Shown here piece by piece: positions 18,379 through 27,700 of a stretch of DNA of 50,558 bases (positions within the stretch are counted from its first letter, which is position 1; every line of letters begins with the position of its first letter). The notes below the pieces were generated by a model. That model was not told the DNA's origin. It saw only the letters and a program-made list of their open reading frames with translations, and ran no database searches. The position numbers were made by a program, and so were the translations under genes. The stretch is from Bacteroidales bacterium (GTDB lineage Bacteria; Bacteroidota; Bacteroidia; Bacteroidales; UBA7960), in NCBI GenBank assembly GCA_003556325.1, contig PWRF01000223.1:1-50558 (forward strand), given 5' to 3'.

Positions 18379-18703
18379 TGTGCTAATGTGCTAATTAAGA
18401 GTCCTTTGGGCAATGTTCAGCGGTGTTTCCTGTTCCTTGTTTTTCATTTTAATGCGAGGCGGAAGAACCTCTTCAAAACAAGCTCCTGATATAGTATCCT
18501 GGCACGCGCTAAAAGCAAAGAACCTATCAGCTGCAAACAAAGGGATATACTCATCTTATATCCGAAACCCTTCATTAGCACATTGGCACATTGGCACATT
18601 AGCACATTAGCACATTGGCACATTGGCACATTAGCACATTGGCACATTAGCACATTAGCACATTGGCACATTGGCACATTAGCACATTAGCACATTAGCA
18701 TAT
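18361..18703 (+). repeat. Octamer-TIR element copy D
   Basis: The left array is at 18361-18395 (4 units), the core at 18396-18572 is near-identical to copy C, and the right array at 18573-18703 has about 16 units. It lies between the convergent thpR and lutB genes. Confidence 0.9.
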
Positions 18704-18705
18704 TA

Positions 18706-20076
18706 TTAACCCATTTTTTTTCTAAAACTTTCCACCACCTTCGGGAGTGTCCGGCGGGGGCCCCAGGCTTTTTTAAGGAACAGGCCGGCAAACAGGTTTT
18801 TTATGCCTGGCGGGGCTTTATCGAGGCGGGAGGCCTTGCTCATAGTCATCTTATAGGCTTTTATGCCCCAGCGTTCGGTGCGCGGGGGGAAGGCGTTGCG
18901 CACGGCCAGGCGCCGGTTTTGCAGCAGCTGGTGGTGCAGGTCGATGCCGGCGGGACATACGTCGGTGCAGCGTCCACAGAGGCTTGAGGCATAGCTCAGG
19001 TGGATATATTCTTTCAGCTGCCCGCTCAGGTGCGGACTGATGACAGCTCCGATGGGCCCGCTATATACTGTTCCGTAACTGTGTCCGCCGATGTTCTTAT
19101 ATACAGGACAGGCATTCAGGCAGGCCCCGCAGCGTATGCATGACAGCGCCCGGCGTTGCGGTATGGCCGCCAGGAGGTTGCTGCGCCCGTTGTCGAGCAG
19201 GATCACGTACATCTCTTCCGGGCCCTCTTCTTCGCCTGCAGCCCGCGGCCCGCTCACCAGGGTGTTGTATGCCGACATGTCCTGACCTGTGCCGTGAACG
19301 GCAAGCAAAGGCCAGAAAAGGTCAAGGTCCCCGGGCGAAGGGATCACCTTTTCTATCCCGGCCACCACGATGTGTACCCGGGGGACGGAAGCACAAAACA
19401 GGGCATTGCCCTCGTTCTCCGTAAGAGCAATAGATCCCGTGCCGGAGACCAGAAAGTTGGCCCCGGTGATCCCGGCACCCGCCCGCAGAAAACGCTCCCG
19501 CAGATGAGGCCTGACAAAAGATGCGATCTCCTCAGGCGCAGACTCCGGGGGCATGTCGTATTTCTCATGAAAGATCTTTGCAACATCAGCCGCTGAAAGA
19601 TGCATGGCGGGCGTGACAATATGATAGGGCTTGTCATCAGATATCTGTACTATAAACTCACCCAGGTCCGTCTCCGTGCATTCTATCCCGTTTTTTTCAA
19701 GGAAGGTCGTAACCCCTACCTCTTCGGTGGTCATCGATTTTGACTTTACCACCGATCTGATGTACTGCTTTTCCAGGATGTCAAGGATGGCGTTGCGGGC
19801 ATCAGCGGCATCGCGGGCCCAGATAACCTTTCCGCCACGTGCTGTAAACTGCTGCTCAAACGTTTTTAAATGGTCTTCAAGGTGTTCAAGCACAGAATGC
19901 TTTTTCACCGCAGCACGCTGCCGGGCAAGAGCAAGGTTGGCATAAATGCCAAGTCCCTTCTCAAAAGAACGGTCGTAACACGAAATGTTATAAGCGATCT
20001 TTTTTCGGTGTTCTACGTCAAAAGCCTTATCCTCACTGGCCTGCTGGAATGCCTGGTATATTTCCCGTGTTGCCAT
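18706..20076 (-). CDS. lutB: Lactate utilization protein B-like iron-sulfur protein (LUD domain + 2x[4Fe-4S])
   Basis: 456 aa with CIRCGACLNACPVY and CGRCTDVCPAGI cluster motifs. The N-terminal region is LUD/DUF162-like. Confidence 0.8.
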   Translation of the reverse strand: MATREIYQAFQQASEDKAFDVEHRKKIAYNISCYDRSFEKGLGIYANLALARQRAAVKKHSVLEHLEDHLKTFEQQFTARGGKVIWARDAADARNAILDILEKQYIRSVVKSKSMTTEEVGVTTFLEKNGIECTETDLGEFIVQISDDKPYHIVTPAMHLSAADVAKIFHEKYDMPPESAPEEIASFVRPHLRERFLRAGAGITGANFLVSGTGSIALTENEGNALFCASVPRVHIVVAGIEKVIPSPGDLDLFWPLLAVHGTGQDMSAYNTLVSGPRAAGEEEGPEEMYVILLDNGRSNLLAAIPQRRALSCIRCGACLNACPVYKNIGGHSYGTVYSGPIGAVISPHLSGQLKEYIHLSYASSLCGRCTDVCPAGIDLHHQLLQNRRLAVRNAFPPRTERWGIKAYKMTMSKASRLDKAPPGIKNLFAGLFLKKAWGPRRTLPKVVESFRKKMG

Positions 20077-20210
20077 CCTCTGTTCATTAAAACCTGTTAT
20101 ACCTCTTTTATTGGTGGGGTCGTCTGCCTTTAACCATGGCTCGCGCTGTGTTTGCCTGCATGATGCTTCCGGGCGGAAGACATCATCGTGTCCAAAACGG
20201 CGCCGGCAAC

Positions 20211-20663
20211 CTAGGCCAACCCCCTTTTTATCTTTTCGACCCTCTTCTGGTGCCTGCCTCCTTCAAAAGGCGTCTCCAGGAAGACCCTTACCGCTTCCAG
20301 TGCGTCGTCCTCATCGATAAACCGTGCCGGCAAGGCAAGTATGTTTGCATCGTTATGGGCACGCGCCAACCGGGCTAACTCGGGCTTCCACGACAAGCCT
20401 GCCCGGATGCCCGGATTCTTGTTGGCCGTCATGCTGACCCCGTTGCCGCTGCCACACATGACAATGCCGTAATCGTGATCCCCGGAAGATACGGCCGAAG
20501 CCAGCGGGTGAATATAATCGGGATAGTCTGCACGCTCAGGAGAAAAAGTCCCGTAGTCAGTACAGGTATGTCCGAGGGAAGATAAATACCCTTTGATCTT
20601 CTCCTTTAACTCAAATCCGGCATGATCAGCGCCAATAGCTATGTTCAGCGGTTTATTCTCCAT
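20211..20663 (-). CDS. rpiB: Ribose-5-phosphate isomerase B
   Basis: Contains IAIGADHAGFELKEKIKGYL, CGSGNGVSMTANK and ARAHNDANILALPARF. I chose the ATG at 20663 (MENKPLNIAIG); the longest ORF starts at 20690. Confidence 0.9.
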   Translation of the reverse strand: MENKPLNIAIGADHAGFELKEKIKGYLSSLGHTCTDYGTFSPERADYPDYIHPLASAVSSGDHDYGIVMCGSGNGVSMTANKNPGIRAGLSWKPELARLARAHNDANILALPARFIDEDDALEAVRVFLETPFEGGRHQKRVEKIKRGLA

Positions 20664-20690
20664 TGTTGAAAACTTTTTGCTGTCTGACAA

Positions 20691-21440
20691 ATCATTTAAA
20701 TATCAAAGATACTACATAAATTTTTGAGCCAACAAGTTAAGCATGACTTAATGAAATCAGTAAATCATATAAATATATCGAAAGTAAATGATCTGCAGCA
20801 ATTTATGATTTATTAACATTTGACTGTTGATTTCTGTTGGCTCATTGTTGATAAAATGTGATAGATTTTCCTTGACAAATTCCACCCCACTATTGCATAT
20901 AAAAATTATCCGGATTTCAAAATTTTTCACCTTCCGAATTATTAAAATTTACTAACAGTTTATTGACACCCGGGAGTGGTTTTTCGTATGTTAACAACTG
21001 TCTATTTGTTCACACCGCCGGTTATTCACAGTTTGTTAATAAGTACAATAAACTGCTGGCAATTAGTTATTTAAATCTATAATTCATGTTGATACCCTGT
21101 TGATAAGTAGCAATAACACAACTTGTCAAGCAAAGCGTAAAAAAATTACAAACAATATGAACACCCTGATGATGATGAATAGTTTTTTATTAAAATAATT
21201 AGTATTCATAAGTCAGGATGCCAGAAAATTTTAAAAAACGGTTCTGTCGAAAATTATATAAGACCAATTTAGCTTTTCCTGTTAAAAATTCTCAAATTAT
21301 ATTCGATAAAATTGAAATTAAGATAAAAATCACTAAATTTGACACGCAAAATTGCATTTTTTTTTGCTGAAGAAACTTCGGTTTACATAATCTTTTTTGC
21401 GCCTTTGATCTAAATGTAACAAATCAAAAAATCATCAGAT
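20691..21440. other. 750-bp AT-rich non-coding region with clustered DnaA-box-like 9-mers (candidate oriC or complex promoter region)
   Basis: No ORF is present. TTATTCACA at 21022-21030 is an exact match to TTATNCACA. Single-mismatch matches lie at 20846-20854 (reverse), 20960-20968, 21006-21014 and 21098-21106 (reverse). A very AT-rich stretch runs 21180-21360. Genes to the left are mostly on the minus strand and genes to the right mostly on the plus strand. Confidence 0.4.
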
Positions 21441-22193
21441 ATGGCAAAAGTAAAAATTCTAATTGTAGAAGACGAAACCATTGTAGCGAAGGATATTCAG
21501 AACAGTCTGAAAAACCTGGGCTACCAGGTAACGAACATCGTAAACAGCGGCGAAAAAGCCATCCGTGAAGTTGAAGACAAGCGCCCCGATCTTATCCTGA
21601 TGGATATTATGCTTAAAGGGTCAATGACAGGTATTGACGCTGCCAAGGAGATCAAGGAACGCTTCTCACTGCCCGTGATCTTCCTTACAGCCTATGCCGA
21701 TGAAAATACCCGTAACAAAGCTAAGGTCACCGAACCCTACGGTTACATCATCAAACCTTTTAAGGAAAAAGAGCTGCAGACCACTATAGAGATGGCTCTC
21801 TACAAGTACGAGAAAGACGAAGAAGTAAAAAGAGAACGCGACCTCTATCACTCACTCATCGAAAACAAAGAATCAAAAGATTCTATCTTCGTCCGCGCCG
21901 ACTACAGGCTCAACAAGATCAACTTCGATGATATTTATTACGTGGAAGCTCTTAAGGACTACGTTGTTATCAATACGTCCGACAACAGCTACACCACGCA
22001 CACCACCATGAAAGAGATGGTACGCATCCTCCCGGCAAAAGACTTTGTCAGGATCCACCGCTCTTTCATAGTGAACCTGAACAAGATCTTCTCAATCAAA
22101 TATCCCGATCTTGTCATCGAAGGAAAAATGAAGGTGCTGCCCATTGGCGGACTGTACAGAAAAGAACTCTACAGCAGGCTGAACCTGATATAG
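21441..22193 (+). CDS. LytR/AlgR-family response regulator (REC + LytTR DNA-binding domain)
   Basis: 250 aa. The REC domain shows ILIVEDE...DLILMDIML...K, and the C-terminal LytTR region shows FVRIHRSFIVNLNKI. No adjacent histidine kinase is present. Confidence 0.9.
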   Translation: MAKVKILIVEDETIVAKDIQNSLKNLGYQVTNIVNSGEKAIREVEDKRPDLILMDIMLKGSMTGIDAAKEIKERFSLPVIFLTAYADENTRNKAKVTEPYGYIIKPFKEKELQTTIEMALYKYEKDEEVKRERDLYHSLIENKESKDSIFVRADYRLNKINFDDIYYVEALKDYVVINTSDNSYTTHTTMKEMVRILPAKDFVRIHRSFIVNLNKIFSIKYPDLVIEGKMKVLPIGGLYRKELYSRLNLI

Positions 22194-22349
22194 GATCTTT
22201 CCAACTGTCTCGCCTGCCAACAGGAGACCGCTGAATACCAAAAAGCACCAGGGCAATGCACAAACAATGCCGGCTTTCTGTTATTCTACTCTGACAGACA
22301 AAATTCTGGCAGACAATGACAGCATAAATCATTTTTTATTATTCAAAAC

Positions 22350-22382
22350 AAAGGACACGAAAATTCATTCTTCGTGTCCTTT
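22350..22382. terminator. Bidirectional stem-loop between the convergent LytTR regulator and rnr genes
   Basis: AAAGGACACGAA (22350-22361) pairs perfectly with TTCGTGTCCTTT (22371-22382) around a 9-nt loop. A T-rich tract follows on the minus strand. Confidence 0.55.
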
Positions 22383-22398
22383 CTGTTTAATCCTTCTG

Positions 22399-22477
22399 CC
22401 AACATCCAACCGCTAATAGCCAATAGCCAACCGCCAATAGCTAATAGCTAATAGCCAACAGCCAATAGCCAGCAACC
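22399..22477 (+). repeat. Tandem heptamer array (AAYAGCY), about 10 units, directly after the rnr stop
   Basis: Read directly: ...ctaatagccaatagccaaccgccaatagctaatagctaatagccaacagccaatagcc... The period is 7. Confidence 0.85.
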
Positions 22478-22480
22478 TCC

Positions 22481-24625
22481 TTACCCCGCCAGCTCAAAAT
22501 CAAGCTCTTTCTTCAGTAAATTGGCTCTTTTGATACGAATGCGCACAGGACTTCCCAGCTTGTATTCCTTCTTCGTGTTGTATCCGATAACACGGAAATT
22601 GTCTTCGTCCAGGTAGTAGTAGTCATCATCCATATCGCTTAAACGAACCATGCCCTCGCATTTGTTTTCCTTGATTTCCACGAAAATACCCCATTTTGAT
22701 ACACCTGAGATGAGCCCTTCGAACTCTTCACCCACATGCTCCGACATAAACTCCACCTGCTTGTACTTTACAGAGTCCCTCTCAGCCTCCTGGGAGCGTC
22801 GTTCCATTTCAGAAGAATGCTGGCAATGTTCCTCGTATAACGCCTCCCTGGCAGACGGCTTGCCATTCATGTAATCAAAGAGCAGGCGATGCACCATCAT
22901 ATCGGGATACCTTCGGATCGGCGATGTGAAATGCGTGTAGTGATCAAATGCCAGTCCGTAATGCCCTATGTTCACCGTGCTGTACTCCGCTTTCGCCATG
23001 GTGCGTATCGTAAGGGTTTCTATGAGATTCTCCTCCCCCTTGCCCTGCGAATCCTTTAAGAGCTTGTTGAACGACTTGGCAATGTTGTTCCGGGTATCTG
23101 TTTTGACCTTGTATCCCAGTTTTTCCACGAAGGTGGCCAGCGTATTCAGCTTTTCCGGGTTAGGGATGTCGTGAACCCTGTATACAAAGGTTTTCGGTTT
23201 TTCCCTGCCGCGGGGTTTGCCGATCTTTTCAGCTACTGCCCTGTTTGCCAGCAGCATAAACTCTTCTATGAGCTTGTGAGACTCTTTCTGCTCACGGAAA
23301 TATACCTCAAGAGGTTTTCCGTCCTCACCAAGCCTGAACTTAACTTCCTGCCTTTCGAAATCAATGGCGCCAGCCCGCATGCGACGCTCACGGATGATGC
23401 CCGCAAACCTGTTAAGCAAGGCAATCTCCTCGTGGTACTTTCCCTCCCCCTTTTCGATGATATCCTGAACTTCTTCGTAATTAAAACGATGGTCGCTGTG
23501 TGTAACAGTTTTTACAATCCGGCTCTTTGTAACACGTGCATTGGAAGTGATCGTGAAGATAACGGAGTAGGTAAGCTTATCTTCGCCGGGGCGCAACGAA
23601 CATACCTCGTTCGACAGCTTCTCCGGAAGCATGGGTATGGTTCTGTCTACCAGGTAAATACTTGTAGCCCGGCTCTGAGCCTCACCGTCGATGATGGTAT
23701 CAGGCTTCACATAATGCGTTACATCAGCAATGTGAACACCTATTTCCCAAGTATCATCGGAAAGCTTTCTTACCGATAATGCATCGTCGAAATCCTTTGC
23801 ATCGGCAGGGTCTATCGTAAAAGTAAGTACATCACGGAGATCCTCTCTTCTGGCAATTTCCTTTTTTGGGATATGCACATCGATTGTTTCCGCTTCGGCT
23901 TCAACCTCCTTCTCAAAGCGCGATGGAAGGTTATACTCAGCCAGGATGGCATGCATCTCGACCTCGTTCTCACCGGGATCACCCAACACTTCAACTACCT
24001 TTCCAAAAGGGTTTTTAGCCGGTGGCTTCCACTCGATGATCTCGACAATGGCCTTCTGGCCATCTTTTGCATCGTTAAGATGTTCGCCGGGAATAAAAAT
24101 ATCGATAGGCATAGCCTTGTTGTCGGCCAGGAGAAAAGCATACCGTCCGGTATACTCTATTACCCCTACAAACCTGTTTTTCGAGCGCCGCAACACCTCC
24201 ACAATTTCACCCTCCACCTTCTGTGACTTGCGCCTGGGGAATAACCGGACCTTAACATAGTCCTCGTGCAGGGCATAACCCGTATTGTTGGGAGCTATCC
24301 TCACATCCTCCAGCAGATCATCAGTGATCACATAGGCCTTGCCGGTAGACTTCATATCGACAGTGCCTTTGATGAAAGGCCCTACCTTGCGCTTCTTCTC
24401 AAGGTACGACGGGCTGATCTTGAACTTGCCCTTGTAGACCTCGATCAGATCCCCCTCCTTCGCAAGCGAATACAGTATTCCCGACAGAAACTTTTTATGT
24501 TTGGCTCCCTCCTCACCCAACGCCTTGGCGATCTGCTTGTAATTATACACCTGGCGGGGATTGGATTCGTAAATCCGCAAAATCTGCTCCCGTAACTGCT
24601 TCTTTATCTTATCTTTTTTTGACAT
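22481..24625 (-). CDS. rnr: Ribonuclease R
   Basis: The RNB catalytic region is present (DPADAKDFDDALSV; YSTVNIGHYGLAFDHYTHFTSPIRRYPD) along with a C-terminal S1 domain. I chose the ATG at 24625 (MSKKDKIKKQ); the longest ORF starts at 24670. Confidence 0.9.
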   Translation of the reverse strand: MSKKDKIKKQLREQILRIYESNPRQVYNYKQIAKALGEEGAKHKKFLSGILYSLAKEGDLIEVYKGKFKISPSYLEKKRKVGPFIKGTVDMKSTGKAYVITDDLLEDVRIAPNNTGYALHEDYVKVRLFPRRKSQKVEGEIVEVLRRSKNRFVGVIEYTGRYAFLLADNKAMPIDIFIPGEHLNDAKDGQKAIVEIIEWKPPAKNPFGKVVEVLGDPGENEVEMHAILAEYNLPSRFEKEVEAEAETIDVHIPKKEIARREDLRDVLTFTIDPADAKDFDDALSVRKLSDDTWEIGVHIADVTHYVKPDTIIDGEAQSRATSIYLVDRTIPMLPEKLSNEVCSLRPGEDKLTYSVIFTITSNARVTKSRIVKTVTHSDHRFNYEEVQDIIEKGEGKYHEEIALLNRFAGIIRERRMRAGAIDFERQEVKFRLGEDGKPLEVYFREQKESHKLIEEFMLLANRAVAEKIGKPRGREKPKTFVYRVHDIPNPEKLNTLATFVEKLGYKVKTDTRNNIAKSFNKLLKDSQGKGEENLIETLTIRTMAKAEYSTVNIGHYGLAFDHYTHFTSPIRRYPDMMVHRLLFDYMNGKPSAREALYEEHCQHSSEMERRSQEAERDSVKYKQVEFMSEHVGEEFEGLISGVSKWGIFVEIKENKCEGMVRLSDMDDDYYYLDEDNFRVIGYNTKKEYKLGSPVRIRIKRANLLKKELDFELAG

Positions 24626-24796
24626 AGTGAGATCCTGTTTTATGAGGAAATTTTTGTTGACTACAAACAAAGATACGATATTAGAACTCCCTTTGGTAAT
24701 GCAAATGCCATTTTCTCAGGGGCTTTTTAGCTTTTTTTGCACAATTCCCACTACGAATTTTCGTAATTTTACAAGTTAAACTAAGTAATTTCGCTT

Positions 24797-27700
24797 ATGT
24801 CAACCACTTTTGACATCCTGTTACGAAAGATTGACCGGTTTATCCGAAGGTACTACATGAACCAGTTAATACGGGGACTGATACTTTTTGGTGCCGGCCT
24901 GTTCATTCTTTCCATGGTATTTATAGGCCTTGAATATTTCGGATATTTCAACCCCGGAGTACGGTTCGGGCTGTTTTATGGCTTCATAGCCTTCAACGCA
25001 GTCGTCCTCATACGCTACGTTATTATTCCCCTTATGGGGATGATCCGGATCGGGAAGAGGATCAGCCCTGAACATGCTGCCAGGCTCCTTGCAAAATACT
25101 ATCCCGACGAGATCAACGACAAAGTGACCAACGTTATCCAGCTGCGGAAATACCTGGATCAGAACCCGGAAAATGCTGAACTGATCATGGCGGGTATAGA
25201 CCAGAAGGCACGGCAAACCGCTGTCATTCCTTTCCATAAGGCAATCCCGCTTCACGGCAACCTTCGCTTTGTGCCTTATGCCGTTGTTCCCATGATCATC
25301 ATCCTTGGCGTATATCTTCTGCAGCCGGGCACACTTGTGGAACCTGCAAGGAGGATCGTCCAATACGACGTTGTGTTCGAACGTCCGCGGCCTTTTCAGT
25401 TTGAAATGCTGTCAGACGGCCAGGCCTTCCGCAACGACGACCTTGAAATACGTATGAAAGCCAGCGGAGAAGCCCTGCCTTCAGAAGCCTACCTGGTGCT
25501 GGATAATTCGCGCCACCGGATGAGAACTCACGGAAGGACAGAGTTTACTCACCAGCTGCGCAACATACAACAGGACAAAAGTTTTATTGTAGAAGCCGAA
25601 GGTTTCAGGTACGGACCCTACCATATCACGGTAAATGAAAGAGCCTCGTTCACCCATTTCCACATACATGTTGATTATCCGGAGTACACAGAATACCCTG
25701 ATGACGATTTTACCAATATGGGAGACCTGTCCGTTCTGTATGGCTCGGAGCTTACATGGACCTTCTTTACAAACCGCATTGCCGATATAGAATTTTTCTC
25801 CGGGGATGACGAAATACAGGCAGAGAAAGTACGCGAGGGAGAGCACAGGGTACGAATGACTGCTGACGGATCCTTCGAATACAATGTATTTGCTTTTGAT
25901 GACGAACACGGCCGCGGCGACAGTTTGTCCTATTACGTGAATGTGAACATGGATGAATACCCCCGCATTGCTGTGGAAGAACATCGCGACGATGTACTCC
26001 TCGCCCACCTGTTTTACAGGGGCACCATTGGGGATGATTTTGGATTTTCGGGACTGGAGTTCCATTACCGGGTCATGGATCAGGCACAGATTAACAGAGG
26101 TGTTGAGACAGACTTCTTCACGGAAAGCATAGACATTGATCCGAATCTGCGGAACCAAACCTTTTATCACCATTTTGACCTGCAAAGCATCTATGTTCAA
26201 CCCGGAGAGACCGTAGAGGTGTATTTTACCGTTTACGACAACGATCCGCTGAGAGGTCCAAAAAAGACCAACAGCAGGGTCTTTTCGCACTACATTCCCA
26301 CAGAGGAAGAGATCCTTGCAGAGAGAAGGGAAGGGGAGGAGAGGATAGAGCAGGGCTTGAGCGACGGTGCAGGCCAGGTTAAAGATGCCAGGGATCAGAT
26401 CGACGAACTGAGAAGAAACCTGCTGGACTCAGAAAGGGCGGGATGGGAGGAAAGAGAGGCAGTGGAGCAGCTTCTCGACAGGAAAGAAGAGATGGAAGAA
26501 CGGCTCCAGGAAATATCCGACCTGAAGAAAGAAACAGAAACCCGCTCTGAGCAGTTTATGGAAAGCAGCGAGCGGCTGCAGGATATGCAAAAGGAACTGC
26601 AGCGCCTCTTTGACGAGGTGATGAGCGACGAGATGAAAGAGCTGTTTGACAAAATTCGTGAGGGTCTTGATGAGATGAGCCGCGACGAGATCTATGAACA
26701 GCTTGATCAGATGGACTTTGAGTTCCAGGACCTGGAAATGCGCATGGAACGAACCTTAGAGATGTTCAGGCAGTTTGCCATGGAGCGCTTGCTCGAAGAA
26801 AGCATCAACAGGCTAGAACAGCTTGCCGAACAACAGGCAGAGCTTCAGGAACAGACTGAGGCAGGTGGCGATTCCGAAGAGCTTTCGGAGTCGCAACAAC
26901 AGATCCAGGACGCATATGACAACATCCAGGATATGCTGGATGAGTTTCGTGATCTGAACGAAACCCTGAGCCGCCCTAAAGACATACCGGATACACAACA
27001 GCAACAGGATGCAATATCCGATGATCTGCAGGACGCACTGGATCAGCTTCATCAGGACAACCTGCAGCAAGCAGCGCCGCATCAGCAGGATGCCGGACAA
27101 AAGATGCAGGAATTCGGTGAGTCGCTAATGCAGATGAAGCAACAGATGTTCCAGGAGCAGCTTGCCGAAGACGCCCGTGCCATACGGATGATCCTCGAAA
27201 ACCTGCTGCGCTCAAGCTTTGCACAGGAAGACCTCCTGCTGGCTACACGTGAAGCGAATGTCAACGACCCGCAGTACCCGGAGCTTATCCGTGAGCAGAG
27301 GAAGATAGAGAGCGATATGGAAATGATAAACGACTCCCTTGTAGCCCTGAGCAAACGCCAGATTGCCATAGAATCTTTTGTGAACAGGGAGGTGGCAGAG
27401 ATCAACCACCAGATGAGGCAGGCTATAGACCACATGATAAACAGGAGAAGGCACCAAAGTTCTTCGCGGCAGCAACATGTGATGACACATATCAATAACC
27501 TGGCCCTTCTGCTGAACGAAAGCCTTCAGAATATCCAACAACAGATGGCAATGGGAGAGGGTATGGGCGACGACATGCAGATGGGGGAGGGGCAGTCTTT
27601 TCAGAACCTCAGGGAGATGCAGGAGCAGCTCAACCAGATGCTTGAGCAGATGCAGGATGGCTTTGAACCTATGCCCGGAGAAACCGGTGAACAACAGATG

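Noticed and set aside
11906-18703. Octamer arrays as CRISPR arrays
   Set aside because: The units are 8 nt and directly abutting, with no spacers. No cas genes are present and there is no leader-repeat-spacer organisation.
18573-18703. TTAGCAC in the octamer as a CIRCE (HrcA) heat-shock operator half-site
   Set aside because: CIRCE needs TTAGCACTC-N9-GAGTGCTAA. Within an array all units point the same way, so no inverted partner lies at a 9-bp spacing. The flanking genes are not chaperones.
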